64,000 bases of DNA from positions 844 to 64,843 of the forward strand of contig JAIBJN010000002.1 of the NCBI GenBank assembly GCA_020029595.1, given 5' to 3'. Positions within the stretch are counted from its first letter, which is position 1. Every line of letters starts with the position of its first letter. A model generated the notes under the pieces. It did no database searches. It was not told the DNA's origin and worked only from the letters and a program-made list of their open reading frames with translations. This DNA comes from Actinomycetota bacterium. Lineage in GTDB: Bacteria; Actinomycetota; Thermoleophilia; Gaiellales; Gaiellaceae. Positions 1 to 8,856 of this stretch are shown here, piece after piece. Made by a program: the position numbers and the translations under genes.

Positions 1-820
1 CGAAGGACTGCACGCGGGTCGTGCCGTCGACGATGATCGGACCCTCGATGCGCTCGAGGCTGACGTTGGCCGCGTCGCGATAGTTGGGGTTCTTCACCAT
101 GTTGATCGACGCGTCATGGTCCCACGACTCGAGCATGAACGGGCCGTTGGTGACGATGTTCTCCGGGTCCGTCCAGTTGTCGCCGAACTCCTCGACGGTC
201 GCCTGGTGGACCGGCAGGAACGAATGGTGCGAGGCCTGCTGAACGAACCACGGCTGCGGCGACGTCAGCTCAACCTGGAGCGTGTAGTCGTCGACGGCAG
301 TCACGCCGACCGCGTCGGCCAGCGCCTCGCAGTTCTTCTCGCAGCCGTTGTACTCGGCCGCGCCCGTGATCCCGTACAGCTGGTACGCGTAATCGGCCGC
401 CAGCTCCGGGCTCAGCGTCCGCTTCCACGAGTACACGAAGTCGTTCGCGGTGACGGGATCGCCGTTCGTCCACGTGGCATCGTCACGCAGGTTGAACGTG
501 ACGGTGTTGCCGTCGACCTCCCAGCTCTCGGCGAGCGCCGGCTCGGCCGCGAGCGTGTCGGGATTGAGCCTCACGAGCGGGTCCATGAGCGCCAGGAGCA
601 CGTTCGAGGACGTCGTGTCCGTGGCCTTGCCCGGGTCGAGCGACGGGGGCTCCGCGCCCCAGCCAATCCGGAACACCTGCTCGGCCGCCGGCTGGCCGCC
701 GTCCGTCGCCCCGGTCTCCTCGGCGGCGGCATCGTCGTCGTCGCCGCCGCAGCCGGCGGCACCGAACGCCAGCACCGCGACGAGCGCCGCGACGAGCAGA
801 AGCCATCTGTTTCTTCGCAC
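1..820 (-). CDS. ABC transporter substrate-binding lipoprotein, family 5 (peptide/nickel type); 3' end cut by window edge
   Basis: Absent from the ORF track because it runs off the window. Reverse-complement translation from GTG (818-820) gives VRRNRWLLLVAALVAVLAFGAAGCGGDDDD... (lipobox AAGC). It continues FRIGWGAEPPSLDPGKATDTTSSNVL...LAESWEVDGNTVTFNLRDDATWTNGDPVTANDFVYSWKR, typical of SBP_bac_5. AGGAGG lies just upstream. Confidence 0.85.
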   Translation of the reverse strand, partial: MRRNRWLLLVAALVAVLAFGAAGCGGDDDDAAAEETGATDGGQPAAEQVFRIGWGAEPPSLDPGKATDTTSSNVLLALMDPLVRLNPDTLAAEPALAESWEVDGNTVTFNLRDDATWTNGDPVTANDFVYSWKRTLSPELAADYAYQLYGITGAAEYNGCEKNCEALADAVGVTAVDDYTLQVELTSPQPWFVQQASHHSFLPVHQATVEEFGDNWTDPENIVTNGPFMLESWDHDASINMVKNPNYRDAANVSLERIEGPIIVDGTTRVQSF

Positions 821-908
821 TGCTGCCCTCCTCTATGTCACGTCAACGGCCGCACAACGATCTGGCCGGGCGGCCACTAGGTGCTATGACGCGCCTGGCC
901 GGCTGAAG

Positions 909-1847
909 TTAGCGCGAGGGGAGGACGCGCCTCTCCACGACCTGGCTGTCGACGAGCTTCGTCGTGCAGCCGCCCACCGTGAAGAGGGCGCCGTCGACGT
1001 AGAACGTCTGCAGGCCGTGGCGCGTGACGAGCGAGCGCGGCCCTGTGCTCCAGCTCCCGGTGTCCGCGTCGTAGATCTGATACGTGCTCTCCCAGATCGC
1101 GTGGATCTCGTCTCCGACCACCGCCGCGCCCAGGAGCTCCATCGGCTCCGGCATCTCGGGCCCTTGCCGCCAGCGCCCGCTCGCGGGATCGAGAATCCAC
1201 ACGTCCCGCAGGATCTCCTCCCCGCGCCGGCCGCCGATCATCCAGATCTCGTCGCGGAAGGCGACGGCGTCGAAGGCGTGGTTCGGGAACGGCAGCGGCG
1301 CGCCCTCGGTCCACGTGTCCGTCGCGGGGTCGTAGACGAAGACCTCGCGGCGCTCTTCGCCCTCGTGGTAGCCGCCGAGGACGTAGACCTTCCCCCCGAA
1401 CGCGACCGCAGCGTGGTTGAAGCGCGGCTCGGGGAGCGGCGCGCGCTCCGTCCACGTCTCGGTCGCGGGGTCGTAGGCGTAGAGCGCGCGGCTGTTCCCC
1501 TCGGCCGTGGTGCCGCCGACGACGTAGAGGACGCCGTCGACCGCGGCGGCGGCGCCGGCGCGCACGGGCTCGGGCATGCGCGGCAGCGTCGTCCAGCTGT
1601 CCGTCGCGGGGTCGTAGCGCGCAAGCAGGTCGAGGGGCCGCCCCGTCTCCCCCACCATGCCGCCCGCCGCGTAGATCTGTCCGTCGATCTCGGCTGCGGC
1701 GACGTAGCTCCGCCGCTGGGACATGGACTCGGCGAACGTCCACTGCGCGGCTTCGGCATCCTCGGCCCCCGGGCCCAGGCTGCCGACCACGGCCGCGAGC
1801 GCGACGAGAAGCAGCACGACGAGGACGACGGCGAGCGCGCGCATCAT
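909..1847 (-). CDS. secreted or membrane-anchored Kelch-repeat (beta-propeller) protein
   Basis: 312-aa ORF. N-terminal hydrophobic segment MMRALAVVLVVLLLVALAAVV. Repeated blades of the form YDPATDSWT..P.MPEP / YDPATETWTERAPLPEPR / YDPATDTWTEGAPLPFP with GG..G motifs. Confidence 0.8.
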   Translation of the reverse strand: MMRALAVVLVVLLLVALAAVVGSLGPGAEDAEAAQWTFAESMSQRRSYVAAAEIDGQIYAAGGMVGETGRPLDLLARYDPATDSWTTLPRMPEPVRAGAAAAVDGVLYVVGGTTAEGNSRALYAYDPATETWTERAPLPEPRFNHAAVAFGGKVYVLGGYHEGEERREVFVYDPATDTWTEGAPLPFPNHAFDAVAFRDEIWMIGGRRGEEILRDVWILDPASGRWRQGPEMPEPMELLGAAVVGDEIHAIWESTYQIYDADTGSWSTGPRSLVTRHGLQTFYVDGALFTVGGCTTKLVDSQVVERRVLPSR

Positions 1848-1914
1848 CGAATACAGACGCCCGCTGCGCTCCTTCCGTTAGGGGGCGACACCAACAAGCA
1901 GGTCCTCTCCCGGG

Positions 1915-2805
1915 CTACTGGGTGAGGGCGTCCGCGCCCGCGACGACCTCGAGGATCTCCTGCGTGATCTCCGACTGGCGCGCGCGGTTCATGTCGAGCG
2001 TGAGGCTGTCGATGAGCTCGCCGGCGTTCTTCGAGGCGTTCCGCATGGCCGTCATCCGGGCGCCGTGCTCGGAGGCGGCCGACTCGAGGAGCGCGCGGTA
2101 GACCGTCGTCTCGAGGTACGTCGGGAGCAGGCGCGCGAGAATCTCCTCCGGCTCGGGCTCGTAGATGAAATCGCCCTCGAGCGCGATCTCGTAGGCGCTC
2201 TTCTCCTCCTCCTCGAGCAGCGTGCGCGGGATCGGGAGGACGTCCTCGACCGAGACCGTCTGCGTGAGGGGCGAGACGTAGTGGTTGTAGACCATGACGA
2301 CGCGGTCGACCTCGCGCCCCGTGAAGAGCTCGGCGAGCTTGTGTGAGATCGCCACCGCGTCCGCGTAGGTCGGCCGGTCGGTGAAGTCCACCCACGCCTG
2401 CTCGATCGCGTAGCGCCGGAAGCGGAGGGTCGAGCGGCCCTTCTTGCCGGCCACGACCCAGCGGACGTCGGCCCCACCGGCCCTGACCTCGCGCTCCAGC
2501 TGGAGGGCGCGCCGGACGATCTGCGCGTTGAACGCCCCGGCGAGGCCGCGGTCGCCCGTGAGCGGCAGGATCGCCACCGAGCGCAGATCCTCGCGCGCCT
2601 CGAGGAGCGGGAAGCCGCGCGAGGGCGTCGCCCTGGCCGTCCCGATCATGAGCTCGCGCATCCGCTCGGCATAGGGACGCAGCGCCGCGATCCGCGCTTC
2701 CGCGCGCCGGAGCTTGGCCGCGGCGACGAGCTCCATCGCCTTCGTGATCTTGCGCGTGTTGCGGACGGAGCGGAGCCGCCGCTTGATGTCCTGGACGGTT
2801 GCCAT
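1915..2805 (-). CDS. atpG: F0F1 ATP synthase subunit gamma
   Basis: 296 aa. MATVQDIKRRLRSVRNTRKITKAMELVAAAKLRRAE... and C-terminal ARQSEITQEILEVVAGADAL are canonical gamma motifs. Follows atpA. Confidence 0.95.
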   Translation of the reverse strand: MATVQDIKRRLRSVRNTRKITKAMELVAAAKLRRAEARIAALRPYAERMRELMIGTARATPSRGFPLLEAREDLRSVAILPLTGDRGLAGAFNAQIVRRALQLEREVRAGGADVRWVVAGKKGRSTLRFRRYAIEQAWVDFTDRPTYADAVAISHKLAELFTGREVDRVVMVYNHYVSPLTQTVSVEDVLPIPRTLLEEEEKSAYEIALEGDFIYEPEPEEILARLLPTYLETTVYRALLESAASEHGARMTAMRNASKNAGELIDSLTLDMNRARQSEITQEILEVVAGADALTQ

Positions 2806-2820
2806 GGAGCCGCGCCGGCG

Positions 2821-4359
2821 CTACGCGACGGCGCCCGCCACTCCCGTCTCGGCGTGTACGGCGAAGCTCTCCTTGAACTTCTCGATCTGCGCCCGCGCGG
2901 CCTGCTGGGCCTCGTCCGGGAGGTCTCTCCCGTCCCGGATCCCTTCGTAGACCGTGCCCTCCGTGCGCAGGAACTCGCGCAGCTCCTCCTGGAAGCGCGG
3001 GACCTGTGCCGGGGGGATGTCGTCGAGGTAGCCCTGGATGCCGGCGAAGATCGCGATCACCTGCTCCTCGAGGGGCCACGGCTGGTACTGCGGCTGGTTC
3101 AGCGTCGCCACCATGCGCTCCCCGCGCGCGAGCGTCCGCTGCGTCTGCGGGTCGAGCTCGGAGCCGAACTGCGCGAACGCCTCCAGCTCGCGGTACTGCG
3201 CGAGATCGAGACGCAGGCGGCCGGCGACCTTCTTCATCGCCCTCGTCTGCGCGTTCCCGCCGACGCGGGAGACGGAGATGCCGACGTTGATCGCCGGGCG
3301 CACGCCCGAGTAGAAGAGGTCGGACTCGAGAAAGATCTGCCCGTCGGTGATCGAGATCACGTTCGTGGGGATGTAGGCGGCGACGTCGCCGGCCTGCGTC
3401 TCGATCACGGGCAGCGCCGTCAGCGAGCCTCCGCCAAGCTCGTCCGAGAGCTTGCAGGCGCGCTCGAGCAGGCGCGAGTGGAGGTAGAAGACGTCGCCGG
3501 GGAAGGCCTCGCGGCCCGGCGGGCGGCGCAGGAGGAGCGACATCTGCCGGTACGCGTCCGCGTGCTTGGAGAGGTCGTCGTACATGCAGACCGCGTGCTT
3601 CCCGTTGTAGAGGAAGTGCTCCCCCATCGCGCAGCCCGCGTAGGGAGCCATCCACTTGATCGGGGCCGCCTCCGTCGCCGAGGCCGTGACGATGATCGTG
3701 TAGTCCATCGCCCCCGCCTCCTTGAGGCGCTCGTACACCTGGGCCACGGTCGAGGCCTTCTGCCCGATCGCGACGTAGATGCAGATCATGTCCTGCCCTT
3801 TTTGGTTCAGGATCGTGTCGACGAGGATGGCGGTCTTCCCCGTCGAGCGGTCGCCGATCACGAGCTCCCGCTGGCCCCGGCCGATCGGGATCATGGCGTC
3901 GATCGCCTTGATGCCGGTCTGGAGGGGCTCGCTCACCGGCTGGCGGCTGACGACGCCGGGCGCCTTGAACTCGAGCAGGCGGCTCTCGGACGACGCGAGC
4001 GGCCCCTGGCCGTCGAGCGGCTCGCCGAGCGGGTTGACGATGCGGCCGACGAGCCCGTCGCCGACGGGGACGCTCATGACGCGGCCTGTGCGCTTCACGG
4101 TCCCGCCCTCGCCGACCTTCTGCCACTCGCCGAAGAGCGCGACGCCGACGTTGTCGTCCTCCAGGTTGAGCGCGATGCCGGTGACGTCGTGCTCGAGCTC
4201 GAGCATCTCCATCGCCATGCAGCTCTCGAGCCCGTACACGCGGGCGATGCCGTCGCCGATCTGGAGGACGGTGCCGACCTCCGCGAGGTCGGTCTCGACG
4301 TCGTAGGCCTCGATGCGCTGCTTGAGGATCGACGTGATCTCTTCGGGACGAAGTTTCAA
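2821..4359 (-). CDS. atpA: F0F1 ATP synthase subunit alpha
   Basis: 512 aa. Walker A GDRSTGKT, plus ...[23 protein letters not shown]... and [16 protein letters not shown] start at 4359. Confidence 0.97.
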   Translation of the reverse strand: MKLRPEEITSILKQRIEAYDVETDLAEVGTVLQIGDGIARVYGLESCMAMEMLELEHDVTGIALNLEDDNVGVALFGEWQKVGEGGTVKRTGRVMSVPVGDGLVGRIVNPLGEPLDGQGPLASSESRLLEFKAPGVVSRQPVSEPLQTGIKAIDAMIPIGRGQRELVIGDRSTGKTAILVDTILNQKGQDMICIYVAIGQKASTVAQVYERLKEAGAMDYTIIVTASATEAAPIKWMAPYAGCAMGEHFLYNGKHAVCMYDDLSKHADAYRQMSLLLRRPPGREAFPGDVFYLHSRLLERACKLSDELGGGSLTALPVIETQAGDVAAYIPTNVISITDGQIFLESDLFYSGVRPAINVGISVSRVGGNAQTRAMKKVAGRLRLDLAQYRELEAFAQFGSELDPQTQRTLARGERMVATLNQPQYQPWPLEEQVIAIFAGIQGYLDDIPPAQVPRFQEELREFLRTEGTVYEGIRDGRDLPDEAQQAARAQIEKFKESFAVHAETGVAGAVA

Positions 4360-4363
4360 GGGG

Positions 4364-4897
4364 TCAGCTCCTCGCTGTCAGTTCCTGGCGTAGCTGGTCG
4401 AGCCGGCCGCGCACGCTCGCGTCGAGGCGCTGCGAGCCTGCCTGGATGACGAGGCCGCCGATCAGGTCCGGGTCGACCCGGCGCGTGGCCTCCACGCGCC
4501 GGCCGGAGGCCTGCTCGATCTGGTGGACAACCTGCGCGGCCTCCTGGTCGGAGAGCTCGACCGCCGTCGTCAGCTCGAGCTCGAGGACGCGCGCCTCCTG
4601 CGCGATCAGCCGCTCGAACTCGGCCTGGATCTCCTCGATCTCGGCGATGCGGCCCTTCTCGGCCACGAGGAGGAGGAAGTTGCGAACGAGCTCCTCGGCA
4701 TCCCCGAGCGCGGCCGCGAGGGCGTCCCGCTTGACGTGCGCCTCGATCTGTGGGTTGCGAAGGAGCGAGCGCAGCTCATCCGACTCACGAACGGCGGCGA
4801 CGAAGTCCGCCAGCTCCTCGCGCACCTCGGCGAGGCGACCCCTCTCGCCGGCGGCCTGGAGGAGCGCCTCTGCGTACACGCGGTGGGCGACTGCCAA
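4364..4897 (-). CDS. atpH: F0F1 ATP synthase subunit delta (OSCP)
   Basis: The ORF 4364..4963 contains ...[20 protein letters not shown]...[25 protein letters not shown], a delta/OSCP pattern. I place the start at TTG 4897 (177 aa). ATG 4963 would add an implausible Arg/Ser/Trp-rich leader, so the start is uncertain. Confidence 0.8.
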   Translation of the reverse strand: MAVAHRVYAEALLQAAGERGRLAEVREELADFVAAVRESDELRSLLRNPQIEAHVKRDALAAALGDAEELVRNFLLLVAEKGRIAEIEEIQAEFERLIAQEARVLELELTTAVELSDQEAAQVVHQIEQASGRRVEATRRVDPDLIGGLVIQAGSQRLDASVRGRLDQLRQELTARS

Positions 4898-5066
4898 GCC
4901 TAGTGCCCCTTCAGGTGATGTTGCCCAGCTTCTGCGTCGCGAGCACCAAGCCGGAGTTCGCACTCGTCCGCAGCCGAGGCTGGACGCCTCGGTAAGGGCG
5001 AGGGTGGGCTCCGGCGCCGCGTGATCGCGGGGCAGAAGCGGGCGTGTATTGCCTGGAGGGGCACTG

Positions 5067-5645
5067 CTAGTTCTCCGACGCGATCCGCTTGACGTCGACT
5101 TCGGCGATCGTCTCGTCGATCAGCCGGCGCTGGTCGTCGTCGTCCAGGACCTTGCCGGTGACCTTCTCGGAGGCGAGCAGCGTCAGCTCGACGACGTCGC
5201 GGCGGATCTGCTCGCGGAGGCGGGCGTTCTCGGCCTCGAGCTCCTCGCGGTTCTTCTCCAGCCGCTCCTTGAGATCCGCGTCCGCCTGCTCGCGCGCCTG
5301 GTCGAGCTGGCGCTGCGCCTGGCGGCGCGATTCGTCGAGGATCCGCTCGCGGTCGGCCTTCGCCTCCTCGCGCTCCCGCGCGACGAGCTCGCGCAGCTCG
5401 CGCGCCTCCGCGCGGGCCTTGTCGGCCTCGTCGAGCGCCTCGCGGATGCGGTCGCGACGCTGGTCGATCATCGCCTGGATCCGGCGGAAGGCGAAGCGCC
5501 TGAGGACCCAGAGGACGACGAGGAACGTGACGACGGTCCAGACCATGAGGCCCGGGACGACGTCGATCAGCGAGCCCTCGTCCTCCTCGGCCGTCGTCGT
5601 CGTCTCCTGGGCGAAGAGGACGGCCTGCAGCAACGCGTCCCGCAT
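5067..5645 (-). CDS. atpF: F0F1 ATP synthase subunit b
   Basis: One TM helix (VVPGLMVWTVVTFLVVLWVL) followed by a long charged coiled-coil (RRDRIREALDEADKARAEARELRE...). ATG at 5645 overlaps the atpE stop (TAATG). The track ORF start at 5723 would overlap atpE. Confidence 0.85.
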   Translation of the reverse strand: MRDALLQAVLFAQETTTTAEEDEGSLIDVVPGLMVWTVVTFLVVLWVLRRFAFRRIQAMIDQRRDRIREALDEADKARAEARELRELVAREREEAKADRERILDESRRQAQRQLDQAREQADADLKERLEKNREELEAENARLREQIRRDVVELTLLASEKVTGKVLDDDDQRRLIDETIAEVDVKRIASEN

Positions 5646-5908
5646 TAGACGAGCACGAAGGCCAGCAGGCCGCCGAGGAGCGCGTAGAAGACGACCGCCT
5701 CGGTGAGCGCGAACCCGAGCCACTGGATGCCGGTGAGCTCACCGCGGAGCTCGGGCTGGCGCGCGACCGCCTGGATCATGGAGCCGAAGATGTTGCCGAT
5801 GCCGATGCCGGCGCCGACCGCACCGAGGCCCACCCCGACGCCGAAGGCGATGGCCTTGCCCAGATCCGCAAGCCCCGCGTCGGTCGTCTGTGCGAGCAGT
5901 ATGTCCAC
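5645..5908 (-). CDS. atpE: F0F1 ATP synthase subunit c
   Basis: C-terminal part of track ORF 5645..6850: VDILLAQTTDAGLADLGKAIAFGVGVGLGAVGAGIGIGNIFGSMIQAVARQPELRGEL...LTEAVVFYALL (GxGxGxG, RQPE, carboxylate E). GTG at 5908 is preceded by AAGGAGG. Confidence 0.9.
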   Translation of the reverse strand: MDILLAQTTDAGLADLGKAIAFGVGVGLGAVGAGIGIGNIFGSMIQAVARQPELRGELTGIQWLGFALTEAVVFYALLGGLLAFVLV

Positions 5909-6084
5909 GGAATCCTCCTTTAGTGGTTCAGCCGGCGACACTGCCGGATTTCTGGCGCGCGAAAAGCAAGCGACGCTAGGACGCAGGGAGCGTCCATGCT
6001 GAGAAGCATGGGCGCGACTGAGGACGACGCCTGGCACAGCTTTGCAGCCGCCCAGAAACCGGCGTGTGTCGTCGGGTGAGCCAC

Positions 6085-6915
6085 TTAGTGTTCCGGTTCG
6101 ATGGCCGCGCCGATGTAGATGCCCGAGAGCAGCGCGAAGACGAAGGCCTGGATGGTGACGACGATGCCGACCTCGAAGAGATAGATGACGAGACCGAAGC
6201 CCACCGAGAAGGGCACCAGCCACCAGGCCGAGAAGATGAAGATGAGCCCGAGCATGACGAGGATCAGCATGTGGCCCGCGAGCATGTTGGCGAAGAGTCG
6301 CACCGAGAGCGAGATCAGGCGCATGAACTGCGAGATGACCTCGAGCGGGACGATGAGGGCGAGGAGCGGCTTCGGCGCGCCCTCCGGGATCCAGCTCTTG
6401 AAGTAGCGGACGACGCCGTTGTAACGAATGCCCTCGACGTGGGTCGCACCAAAGGTGAGAAGCGCGAGCGCGAGCGTCACGCTGAGGTTCGCGGTCGCCG
6501 CGTAGATCCCCAGGGTCGGAAGCTCGACGCCGAAGGCGTCGAACTTGTCGTTCGAGATCGGGAGCGGGACGAACCCGACGATGTTCAGGACCCAGATGAA
6601 GAGGAAGAGCGAGGCGACGTACGGAAACCAGATGTGGAGCGCCTTCGAGGGGATGCTCGACTCCGCGATCTGCTCCTGGACGGCCTCGTAGATCGCCTCT
6701 CCGGTCGTCTGGCGCCGGTCCGGCCGCAGCGAGAGGCCGAAGCGCATGAGCCAGATCCCGAGCAGGATCGTCAGGAGACCGCCGAGCCAGATGTAGGCCA
6801 CCGCCTTGTTGACCGAGAGGTCGAGCGGCCCGAGGTGAAGCGGGATCCACTCCTCGAGGATGAACTCGTGCTGGGGGTCGAAGTCGCTCTCGGCGGCGGC
6901 GAAGAGGACGCTCAT
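6085..6915 (-). CDS. atpB: F0F1 ATP synthase subunit a
   Basis: Polytopic. Contains ...SLSVRLFANMLAGHMLI... (the essential Arg motif). ATG at 6915 overlaps the stop of the upstream small membrane ORF (ATGA). The longest ORF start at 7146 is Arg-rich junk. Confidence 0.9.
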   Translation of the reverse strand: MSVLFAAAESDFDPQHEFILEEWIPLHLGPLDLSVNKAVAYIWLGGLLTILLGIWLMRFGLSLRPDRRQTTGEAIYEAVQEQIAESSIPSKALHIWFPYVASLFLFIWVLNIVGFVPLPISNDKFDAFGVELPTLGIYAATANLSVTLALALLTFGATHVEGIRYNGVVRYFKSWIPEGAPKPLLALIVPLEVISQFMRLISLSVRLFANMLAGHMLILVMLGLIFIFSAWWLVPFSVGFGLVIYLFEVGIVVTIQAFVFALLSGIYIGAAIEPEH

Positions 6916-7325
6916 CGCCGCGGGCTCCCCGAGAAGTAGAGGGCGAGGCTCGCCACGAGCTCCGTGCTGTAGGCCGCCGCGTACACGAGCGCGCCCGCCA
7001 GCGCGAGCGAGGGGTCGACGACCGCGACGGCGAGGAGCACGAGCACGAGCGCGATCCCGCGGCCCATCATCCCGAAGGCCGCGATGCCCGAGCCGCGCAG
7101 CGTCGGCTCGCCGATCCCGACGCGGGCGAGGAGGAGTCCGACGCACTGGCTCGCAGCCCAGAGGAGCGCCCCGAGCGCCCAGCCCTGCACGTCCCAGCCG
7201 GCGAGGAGGAAGATCGGGAGCGCGAGTGCGACGACGGCTCCGCCCAGCACGACCGGCGTCCGCCGCTCGGGCATGGGGCGCGGGGTCAGGAGCGCGCCGG
7301 GCATCAAGGAGCGCTCCGAGCGCAA
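6912..7325 (-). CDS. small polytopic membrane protein, AtpI-like (ATP synthase protein I position)
   Basis: 137-aa ORF with about 4 hydrophobic helices (VVLGGAVVALALPIFLLAGW, ALLWAASQCVGLLLA, GIALVLVLLAVAVV, LAGALVYAAAYSTELV). Sits immediately 5' of atpB with a 4-nt overlap. The call rests on position and topology only, and the start is uncertain. Confidence 0.55.
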   Translation of the reverse strand: MRSERSLMPGALLTPRPMPERRTPVVLGGAVVALALPIFLLAGWDVQGWALGALLWAASQCVGLLLARVGIGEPTLRGSGIAAFGMMGRGIALVLVLLAVAVVDPSLALAGALVYAAAYSTELVASLALYFSGSPRR

Positions 7326-7427
7326 GCGGTGGCGGCCACGTCGGAGTGCATCTTATTCGCCCACAGCCTATCAGTCCGGCGGGTGGGCTCGTGACAGTGA
7401 GATCCCCGCTCTCGTGCGGAAAAGAGG

Positions 7428-8852
7428 CTACTTTGTGCGGACGGCCAGGCGGGCGCCGAGCTCCCGCACGACGTCCACGAGGAGATCGATGTCGCCCTCG
7501 CGCGTTCGCCAGTTCACGATCGCCGGCCGGAAGGCGATCGTGCCGCCGTAGAGCGTGGTCCCGACGTAGACGCGTCCGTCGGTGAGGAGGTCGTCTCCCA
7601 GGCGGGAGTTGAGCTCGTCGAGGTCAGCCTCGGAGACGCCGTCCGGCCGGTAGCGGAAGCACACGATGTTGAGCGGCACGTCTGCCAGCCGCTCGAGGTC
7701 GGGGGCTTCGTCAACACGCGCGGCCAGCCGCTGGGCGAGGTCGAGATGGTGCTCCACGAGCTCCCGGTAGCCGCTGCGGCCGTACGCCCTCAGCGTGGCC
7801 CACACCGCGAGCGCGCGTCCCCGGCGCGACATTTCCGGCCCGAGGAATCCGAAGTTGGGCCGTGCGTCGTCGGGCGGCGGCAGGTAGGCGGCCGTCGGCG
7901 TGAACGTCTTGGCGAGCAGCGAGGCGTCGCGGACGAAGGCGAAGCCGCAGTCATACGGGACGTTGAGCCACTTGTGGCCGTCCGAGATCGCGGAGTGCGC
8001 CCGCTCGACCCCCTCCGCGAGGTGCGCCGTACGGGGCGTGACGCGGGCGAAGAGTCCGAACGCCCCGTCGACGTGGAGCCAGGCGCCGTGCTCGTCCGCC
8101 AAGTCGGCCATGCGCGCGAGCGGGTCGAAGTCACCGGCGTTCACCTCCCCGGCGTTCCCCACCAGGATCGCCGGCGCGCCGTCGAGCGCGCGCAGCGCGG
8201 CCTCGAGAGCGTCCTCGTCGAGCCTGCCGACCGTGTCGCGGCTGAACGTCCGCACCGCTTCGCGTCCGACCCCGAGCATGGCCAGCGCCTTGATCGCGCT
8301 CGCGTGGATGTAGCCGCTCGAGAACACGGGGGCCGGAGGGAGCCCGGCCAATCCCTCCTCGTTGACGTCGCGTCCGTGTTGCTCGCCCCACCAGCTCCTC
8401 GCCGCGGCGAGGCCGACGAAGTTCGCCATCGTCGCGCCCGTCGTGAGGACGCCGCCCCAACTCGCCGGGAGCCCGAAGAGCTCCTGCAGCCACTCGAGGC
8501 TCACGACCTCGAGCTCCGCGGCGAGCGGCGAGGCGACCCACCCGCCGGCCATCTGATCGAGCGTCGAGGCGAGCATGTCGGCCCCGAGAGCCGCCGGCGT
8601 GGCCCCGCCGACGACGAAGTGGAAGAAGCGCGGCCCGCCCGAGGCGATTGCCGCGTCGGGGCCATACTCGAGCAAGGTCGTGAGTGCGGAGAGGGTCCCG
8701 TCACCCTCCTCGGGGAGCGGGCCGGCGAACCTGGCGGCACTCTCCTCTGCGGTCGGCGAGCGGACCGGACGCTCCTCGAGCTCAGCGAGGTACTCGCGCG
8801 CCCGCTCGGCGACAAGGGCGACCGCCTGCTCCGCTTCGCGAGGCTCGATCAT
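7428..8852 (-). CDS. PLP-dependent group II decarboxylase (aromatic-L-amino-acid decarboxylase-like)
   Basis: 474 aa. SDGHKWLNVPYDCGFAFVRD matches the PLP-lysine motif S-x-x-HKW-x-x-x-x-DC of group II decarboxylases. GATMANFVGLAAAR lies upstream. Confidence 0.85.
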   Translation of the reverse strand: MIEPREAEQAVALVAERAREYLAELEERPVRSPTAEESAARFAGPLPEEGDGTLSALTTLLEYGPDAAIASGGPRFFHFVVGGATPAALGADMLASTLDQMAGGWVASPLAAELEVVSLEWLQELFGLPASWGGVLTTGATMANFVGLAAARSWWGEQHGRDVNEEGLAGLPPAPVFSSGYIHASAIKALAMLGVGREAVRTFSRDTVGRLDEDALEAALRALDGAPAILVGNAGEVNAGDFDPLARMADLADEHGAWLHVDGAFGLFARVTPRTAHLAEGVERAHSAISDGHKWLNVPYDCGFAFVRDASLLAKTFTPTAAYLPPPDDARPNFGFLGPEMSRRGRALAVWATLRAYGRSGYRELVEHHLDLAQRLAARVDEAPDLERLADVPLNIVCFRYRPDGVSEADLDELNSRLGDDLLTDGRVYVGTTLYGGTIAFRPAIVNWRTREGDIDLLVDVVRELGARLAVRTK

Positions 8853-8856
8853 GTGC

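Noticed and set aside
821-908. The TGGCCGCCCGGCCA palindrome between the Kelch gene and the ABC binding-protein gene as a possible terminator.
   Set aside because: The loop would be only 2-4 nt and no T-tract follows. It is a GC-rich palindrome of the kind that occurs frequently in this DNA.
1844-4449. Very long ORFs overlapping atpG/atpA: 1844..4126 minus (760 aa) and 2854..4449 plus (531 aa).
   Set aside because: They are Arg/Pro/Gly/Ala-rich with no recognisable motifs, and lie out of frame or antisense to unmistakable atpA/atpG. This is the classic stop-codon-poor artefact of GC-rich DNA. The same applies to 8575..10680, 24240..26087, 28210..29502, 43156..46509, 58194..60542 and many others in the track.
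5909-6084. Hairpins in the 176-bp atpB-atpE spacer, for example CCATGCT-gaga-AGCATGG at 5994-6011.
   Set aside because: Long structured spacers before the highly expressed c-subunit gene are common. Nothing suggests a known RNA family or anything beyond mRNA stability or translation tuning.
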